A stretch of DNA of 64,000 nt, taken from the NCBI GenBank assembly GCA_949290645.1, contig CASESG010000006.1, positions 23,088-87,087 of the forward strand, written 5' to 3'. The notes under the pieces were generated by a model, which was given only the letters and a program-made list of their open reading frames with translations, did not search any database and was not told the origin of the DNA. Positions 59,110 to 64,000 of this stretch are shown here, in pieces. A program made the position numbers and the translations under genes. The DNA comes from an uncultured Bacillota bacterium. Lineage in GTDB: Bacteria > Bacillota_I > Bacilli_A > RFN20 > CAG-288. Position 1 is the stretch's first letter, and every line of letters starts with the position of its first letter.

Positions 59110-61191
59110 ATGAGACTTGATATAGGATCACTTATGTTCAATATGACCACTGATATTGGTGGTACGCCATCTTGGGGAACAGATTTGGGACAAGGGGAAG
59201 GCTATAAGTTTAATTTCGAGAATTTCGAATCTTTCCTCACGGCCATGCTTTATTGCAAAACTAATGAAAAAGTTTGGTGTCCACTAGGTAAGGGAGGAGG
59301 CAGGCAAGATGATTATGATTACGTCTTGGCAAGCCAATTTCAAAAGATTTATGCCAATGACATTGAAGTTCCTGATGCTAAATTTGTTCTGCTTATAGTC
59401 AAACAGCTTTCAAGTGCAAGCAACAATCATATTGGCAGACGCAGTTTAAAGTATTCACCAAGAATAGAATTAAATGGTTTTAAATATAATGAAGATTGTT
59501 ATAAGAAAATTCAAAATACTTTAGGTCTTAATGATAACTCTGCCTGGTTTGTATATGAAATTAATACACAAAATCAAGATGAGTTACATTTTAGAATTAT
59601 TATCGCAGATAAGAATAAATCCCTACATTTCCATAGCACTGATGAAAGAAAAAGTTTCGTCAATTCGTTGATACTTAAAGAAGATGAGACTGAAGTTGTA
59701 AAATTTAAAGGCTTACTATCTTGGTTTGTTCGTCAATTAAGAATCAATAATGATTTGGAAAATGGCGTTAAAACATCGGGACATGGTTATAAGGGTGAAA
59801 GCATAAGAAAATTATATGAGGATTTTAGAACTTATAATGGATTTACATTAGATTGTAATATTCAATCTGGCTATAATAAATGTTCTTCTAAGGCAAATTA
59901 TATTCATGTAACAAACACTGGTATCAATATTAGGCCACTTTTTGAATCTAAAGATGTTAATTATTTATATTTGGATTTATATAACACATCTATCAACGGC
60001 TATTCTGACCTATTGACAAAAAAATACTTTATTAAAGATTTGGATTTATTTTCTAGTGAAAAGCCTAATAGTAAGTTAAGAGAATTATTTAGAGATTATA
60101 AACTTTTAATTTTTGGGCTCTCTAATTCTTTAAACAATGACCTTCCAGTTGATGGGAACTTGGATAAGGGCTCTTTTTCTCGTTGTGGAATAAATGTAAT
60201 CCTTTATGGCGTTCCGGGTTCAGGAAAAAGCTATACAATCGATCATGATTATGTTCATGCCGGTGAAGCTGAGTCTATAAGGCTCGTTTTCCATCCTGAT
60301 TATACATACTCTGATTTTGTAGGCCAGATTCGTCCAATAATGAAAGATGGTGAAGCGAGATATGATTTTGTTCCTGGGCCATTTACGAATATATTAAAAA
60401 TGGCATACCAAAATCCAAGTAAAAAATACTATTTGGTAATTGAAGAGATTAATCGTGGTAACGCTGCTTCGATATTTGGAGACATTTTCCAACTTTTGGA
60501 CCGTGAAACAGACCATAGCAAAGACAATTATCAATGGAGTAAATACTGCATCTATAACGAAAATATTGCTAAAGTTATTTTTGACGACCCAAAACATGTA
60601 ATCGAAATACCTTCCAATTTAGGACTGCTTGCTACCATGAATACATCTGACCAAAATGTGTTTACTTTAGATACAGCTTTTCAAAGAAGATGGGACTTAA
60701 GACAAATAACAAATACTTTTGATAAGACTGATTTGGAAAGCAAAGAACTAGCCGAACAAAATATATTAGACACATCCATATCTTGGGAAAAATTTATTAA
60801 AGAGATTAATAAAGCTATTCTTGCCAATAATGTTGGACTTACATCTGCCGAAGATAAAAGACTTGGCACGCATTTCTTGCTAAAGGACGATCTTATACTA
60901 GAGAATGATCGAGAGACTGGCATAACAGAGGAAGAACGTATTTCTCGAAAGTTGCACAATCAGAAATTTGCTGAAAAAGTCATTAAATATCTTTGGGATG
61001 ATGCATTTAAATTTAATAGGCCAAAAGCGTTTAGATCCAATTATAAAGATTTAGAAAGTCTTATTAATGCTTTTATGCAGGCTCAAAAGAATGCACGTTT
61101 TAATATCTTTATCGATGATATCACCAACGCTTTAAATGATGTTGCTGGCGAAAATAACGATAATACTGGCAATGATGGGGATGAAGATTAA
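59110..61191 (+). CDS. McrB-like AAA+ restriction subunit (R1.LlaJI-type)
   Basis: GVPGSGKS, FHPDYTYSDFVG, IEEINRGN, MNTSDQNV, DTAFQRRW, KYLWDDAFK. Confidence 0.92.
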   Translation: MRLDIGSLMFNMTTDIGGTPSWGTDLGQGEGYKFNFENFESFLTAMLYCKTNEKVWCPLGKGGGRQDDYDYVLASQFQKIYANDIEVPDAKFVLLIVKQLSSASNNHIGRRSLKYSPRIELNGFKYNEDCYKKIQNTLGLNDNSAWFVYEINTQNQDELHFRIIIADKNKSLHFHSTDERKSFVNSLILKEDETEVVKFKGLLSWFVRQLRINNDLENGVKTSGHGYKGESIRKLYEDFRTYNGFTLDCNIQSGYNKCSSKANYIHVTNTGINIRPLFESKDVNYLYLDLYNTSINGYSDLLTKKYFIKDLDLFSSEKPNSKLRELFRDYKLLIFGLSNSLNNDLPVDGNLDKGSFSRCGINVILYGVPGSGKSYTIDHDYVHAGEAESIRLVFHPDYTYSDFVGQIRPIMKDGEARYDFVPGPFTNILKMAYQNPSKKYYLVIEEINRGNAASIFGDIFQLLDRETDHSKDNYQWSKYCIYNENIAKVIFDDPKHVIEIPSNLGLLATMNTSDQNVFTLDTAFQRRWDLRQITNTFDKTDLESKELAEQNILDTSISWEKFIKEINKAILANNVGLTSAEDKRLGTHFLLKDDLILENDRETGITEEERISRKLHNQKFAEKVIKYLWDDAFKFNRPKAFRSNYKDLESLINAFMQAQKNARFNIFIDDITNALNDVAGENNDNTGNDGDED

Positions 61192-62468
61192 TGGACGATT
61201 CTGATGATATTTTCCAACATTGTCACGTTGACTTAAATGACGATGGTGATCGATTTGTAGGAATAAAAGGAGACCATAATAATTTAATGGTCTATTTTCC
61301 TTGCGGATATGAACTTCCAAATGATGAAAATGAAGTTAGACAAGAAATAAGGGATCTTTTTAATGTTTTAGCTGAATTTACAACTGAAGATGACAGAGTT
61401 TTAGAAATAGATAGAAATGCAGCAACTATTTCCGTTAGTTTTCCAATACAAGCGTATAGGACCGTAATTGAATACTATCTAGAAAGGCAGAAATATTATT
61501 CTGATAATGAAATTGTTTATAAAAGGTCTGATAGCGGTCCTATTAATTTCGCTATGACTTTTAAAAAGAGTAATCCAATAATTCTACCTAATTCCTCTAC
61601 ATTCATGTTCGATGATTATTTTAGAATGCAAAAGTCACCGCAAAAAAACCAAATGATAACAAGGATTCATAAGTTTTGTGTTTATGAAAGCTTTAAAAAA
61701 CTCGGGATTATCTATACGCCATTAATTCCTGAAAAGCCTGATTTGATGATAGATCCAAAAGACCAAGATATGATCAATTCTTGCATAAATTTACTTTACG
61801 AAAAACTTTATGAAACTCGTAACGATGTAGATAATAGATTATTTGAAGCAATGATAAATATGCTTCGTTATTACGGAAGCAATAATGATGAAAAACAATA
61901 TTATTTTGGGACCGATAAGTTCGAACATGTGTGGGAACGTTTAATCGATAAAGTTTTCGGTGTAAGTAAAGAAGAAAAACAAAAATATTTTCCTCGTGCT
62001 TATTGGCGTGTGTTTCTTGGAAAAGATAAAAATAAAAAAAGGCATCCTTTGGAACCTGATAGCATCATGATTTTGAAAGATGCTGATGGGAACAATGAGT
62101 ATTATGTTTTGGATGCAAAGTATTATAGATTCGGAATTACAGGCAGTATTTCCAACCTACCTAATTCATCTGACATCAACAAACAGATTACTTATGGAGA
62201 GTTTGTAAAGAAAAAAGCTGATGGACATAGTCCGTTCAACGCATTTATCATGCCATATAATAAAAACAATAATCTTTTTGGAGTGGACTCTGATATTGTT
62301 AACTCATCTGTTGCTTCAGGTGATTGGATTGATCACGAAAGAGAGCCGCACGAAAAAATACAGGGAATCCTAATAGATACAAAAACACTGCTTTGCCGAT
62401 ATAGAACTATTTATAATGATAGGTTGAAAAAGAAACTAGCTGAGGAAATCAAAAAACAATATGATTGA
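61191..62468 (+). CDS. LlaJI-family restriction endonuclease (McrC-like, PD-(D/E)xK)
   Basis: FEHVWERLID, EPDSIM, LDAKYY, DINKQITYGE; stop/start overlap with the AAA gene. Confidence 0.88.
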   Translation: MDDSDDIFQHCHVDLNDDGDRFVGIKGDHNNLMVYFPCGYELPNDENEVRQEIRDLFNVLAEFTTEDDRVLEIDRNAATISVSFPIQAYRTVIEYYLERQKYYSDNEIVYKRSDSGPINFAMTFKKSNPIILPNSSTFMFDDYFRMQKSPQKNQMITRIHKFCVYESFKKLGIIYTPLIPEKPDLMIDPKDQDMINSCINLLYEKLYETRNDVDNRLFEAMINMLRYYGSNNDEKQYYFGTDKFEHVWERLIDKVFGVSKEEKQKYFPRAYWRVFLGKDKNKKRHPLEPDSIMILKDADGNNEYYVLDAKYYRFGITGSISNLPNSSDINKQITYGEFVKKKADGHSPFNAFIMPYNKNNNLFGVDSDIVNSSVASGDWIDHEREPHEKIQGILIDTKTLLCRYRTIYNDRLKKKLAEEIKKQYD

Positions 62469-62474
62469 GGTGCA

Positions 62475-63593
62475 TCATGTACCTCTTTTTTTATGGGTCA
62501 TTCTATATTTTCTTTGAGAAGCACAATTTCTACATTTATCAGAGCAATAGATTTTCTTGGTAGAAGTTGACTTATCGAGTTTGAAGGGTTTATGGCAATA
62601 CTCACAAATTCTGTATATCTCAACTTCTGGATTCATATAGAAAAGTGAAAAATATAAAGCAGTTAATAAATCTTCTACATTCCATGAGGGTGACATTTTT
62701 TCTTTGTTATATGAAGGCTTAATGTTTTTGACATAGTAATCTATTTCTTCTTTAAATGTGTCTTTGGCAACTTGGAAAAGTGCAGGTTTTAAAAAACTAT
62801 TGTCGCTTTTATCTCTCTTGCAAAAATAATAGTTAACAAAAACATCTATTGCCTTTTTTTCGATATCATCAAATTTGAAATTGCCAAGCACATAGAGCTC
62901 ATACAAACTTTTGAAATATGGGTTTGCTCTCATGGCTTTAAATTCAACATCATTTGAGTGAAGAAAATCATAATAGAATTCAGAATCTAAAGTAACATTT
63001 GTGTTTCTTGCTGAATCAAAGATAGTTATTTTTCCAGTTTCATCTAGAGATTTCCTTTTTTGAGCGGAAAGAAAATTAGAAGTATTTAGTATGATGGTAC
63101 TCAGTTTATGCGGAGACTGATTAGTGCCTCGATGGAACATTAAGAACTGAATAATTGAAATAGTATCTTCAACATTTAGCCTATTTCCATGTGATAATTT
63201 TGATGAGAGAGCGAGCAATTGACTAAGAAGTCTGTTTTGATTATCCAATTCTTTTAAAGTAATAATTAAAGGCTTGTTGTTTTTAATCGAATTTAAATAA
63301 CCATTTTTTTCAAAAAAAGTTTTATATGCGTTTATTCGTTTGATGTCTGATTCTTGATTAATAATAGATACAAAAGAACCTAATAGGTTTTCTTCATCAA
63401 CGCTTCCGTTTTGGCGCAGTCTCACAAGGCCTTCTTTCGCTAAGAACCCTAATGATATTGTTTTGGTATCGTCAGGGATAAGTTTAATTGCAATTCCATC
63501 TTCGTAATTGATAATAAAGACGAAAGAAGGTTGATTTTTCACGATAAATAATGATTCTAGATAAAAATTTTCATTTTTTACTTTGCGTTTCAT
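62475..63593 (-). CDS. Hypothetical protein with C-terminal CGNR-type zinc finger
   Basis: ICEYCHKPF...YCSDKCRN...RKYR; GGAGG before ATG 63593. Confidence 0.75.
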   Translation of the reverse strand: MKRKVKNENFYLESLFIVKNQPSFVFIINYEDGIAIKLIPDDTKTISLGFLAKEGLVRLRQNGSVDEENLLGSFVSIINQESDIKRINAYKTFFEKNGYLNSIKNNKPLIITLKELDNQNRLLSQLLALSSKLSHGNRLNVEDTISIIQFLMFHRGTNQSPHKLSTIILNTSNFLSAQKRKSLDETGKITIFDSARNTNVTLDSEFYYDFLHSNDVEFKAMRANPYFKSLYELYVLGNFKFDDIEKKAIDVFVNYYFCKRDKSDNSFLKPALFQVAKDTFKEEIDYYVKNIKPSYNKEKMSPSWNVEDLLTALYFSLFYMNPEVEIYRICEYCHKPFKLDKSTSTKKIYCSDKCRNCASQRKYRMTHKKRGT

Positions 63594-64000
63594 GCTTGTA
63601 TTATCCTCCGATATTACTTGAGATTTTGCTTTTGCACTTACTCTTACATAAAGAATAATTGAAAGAATAATTAACAAAACTATTTTAACATAGAAGTAAC
63701 CTAAAATCATTAGAAACCCAATTACTTTATTAAATATATAATCACTATTTTGGCTATGTATTATTACTCATAGCCTTTTTATATACTTCTCATGTAAGTC
63801 AGACGTGGCTTAACAATTCTGCCTCGATACTAGTTAACCATTCGGGTGGAGAAAGGTATGTAGACGAGAAACTTAATGGTGATGTTGCTCCGATATTAAG
63901 GCAACAACATTGTCTACAAAATTCAATAATTCTTGTACTAGCAAGAACACACCATTTCATGACTCCGATTTTATCGGTGGCCCCGATGGCAAAAGGGAAG

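Larger units (their letters stand above)
56371..64000. mobile_element. AT-rich genomic island adjoining the 3' end of tRNA-Leu; continues beyond the window
   Basis: Abrupt GC drop right after the tRNA CCA, AT-rich codon usage, RM cargo. No integrase is visible in the window. Confidence 0.85.

Noticed and set aside
63594-63710. Hydrophobic N-terminal extension of the CGNR protein in the ORF track
   Set aside because: Likely translated AT-rich promoter DNA; a GGAGG RBS supports ATG 63593.

Overview
Positions 1-56370 are GC-rich chromosomal backbone (spot check of line 33781: 36/60 G+C). It looks like a small-genome, Mollicutes-like member of the Bacilli (MAG1210-LemA pair, short IF2, RNase HIII, MutS2) using TGA as stop; this placement is inference. 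The backbone carries housekeeping genes (guaB, rlmD, rpsO, truB, ribF, rimP-nusA-ylxR-ylxQ-infB-rbfA, alaS-ruvX, mutS2-uvrC, rnhC, ileS-lspA-rluD), several ABC systems, lipoproteins, three broken genes, tRNA-Pro(GGG) and tRNA-Leu(GAG). Right after tRNA-Leu the sequence becomes AT-rich (spot check of line 57001: 18/60 G+C) and stays so to the window edge, forming an island. Its left end has an att-like inverted repeat and an array of 19-20 bp TACTAG-anchored repeats (4 direct, 1 inverted). Its cargo is a LlaJI-type restriction-modification cluster (two C5 methyltransferases, one HTH-fused; an McrB-like AAA+ subunit with a long N-terminus; a PD-(D/E)xK nuclease) and a CGNR zinc-finger gene. The best leads are the island-end repeat architecture, the N-terminus of the McrB-like subunit, a triple phased -10 repeat, overlapping divergent promoters for two apparently leaderless tRNA-modification genes, and a TtcA-GNAT-like fusion. 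All family calls are motif recognition by eye; no database search was run.
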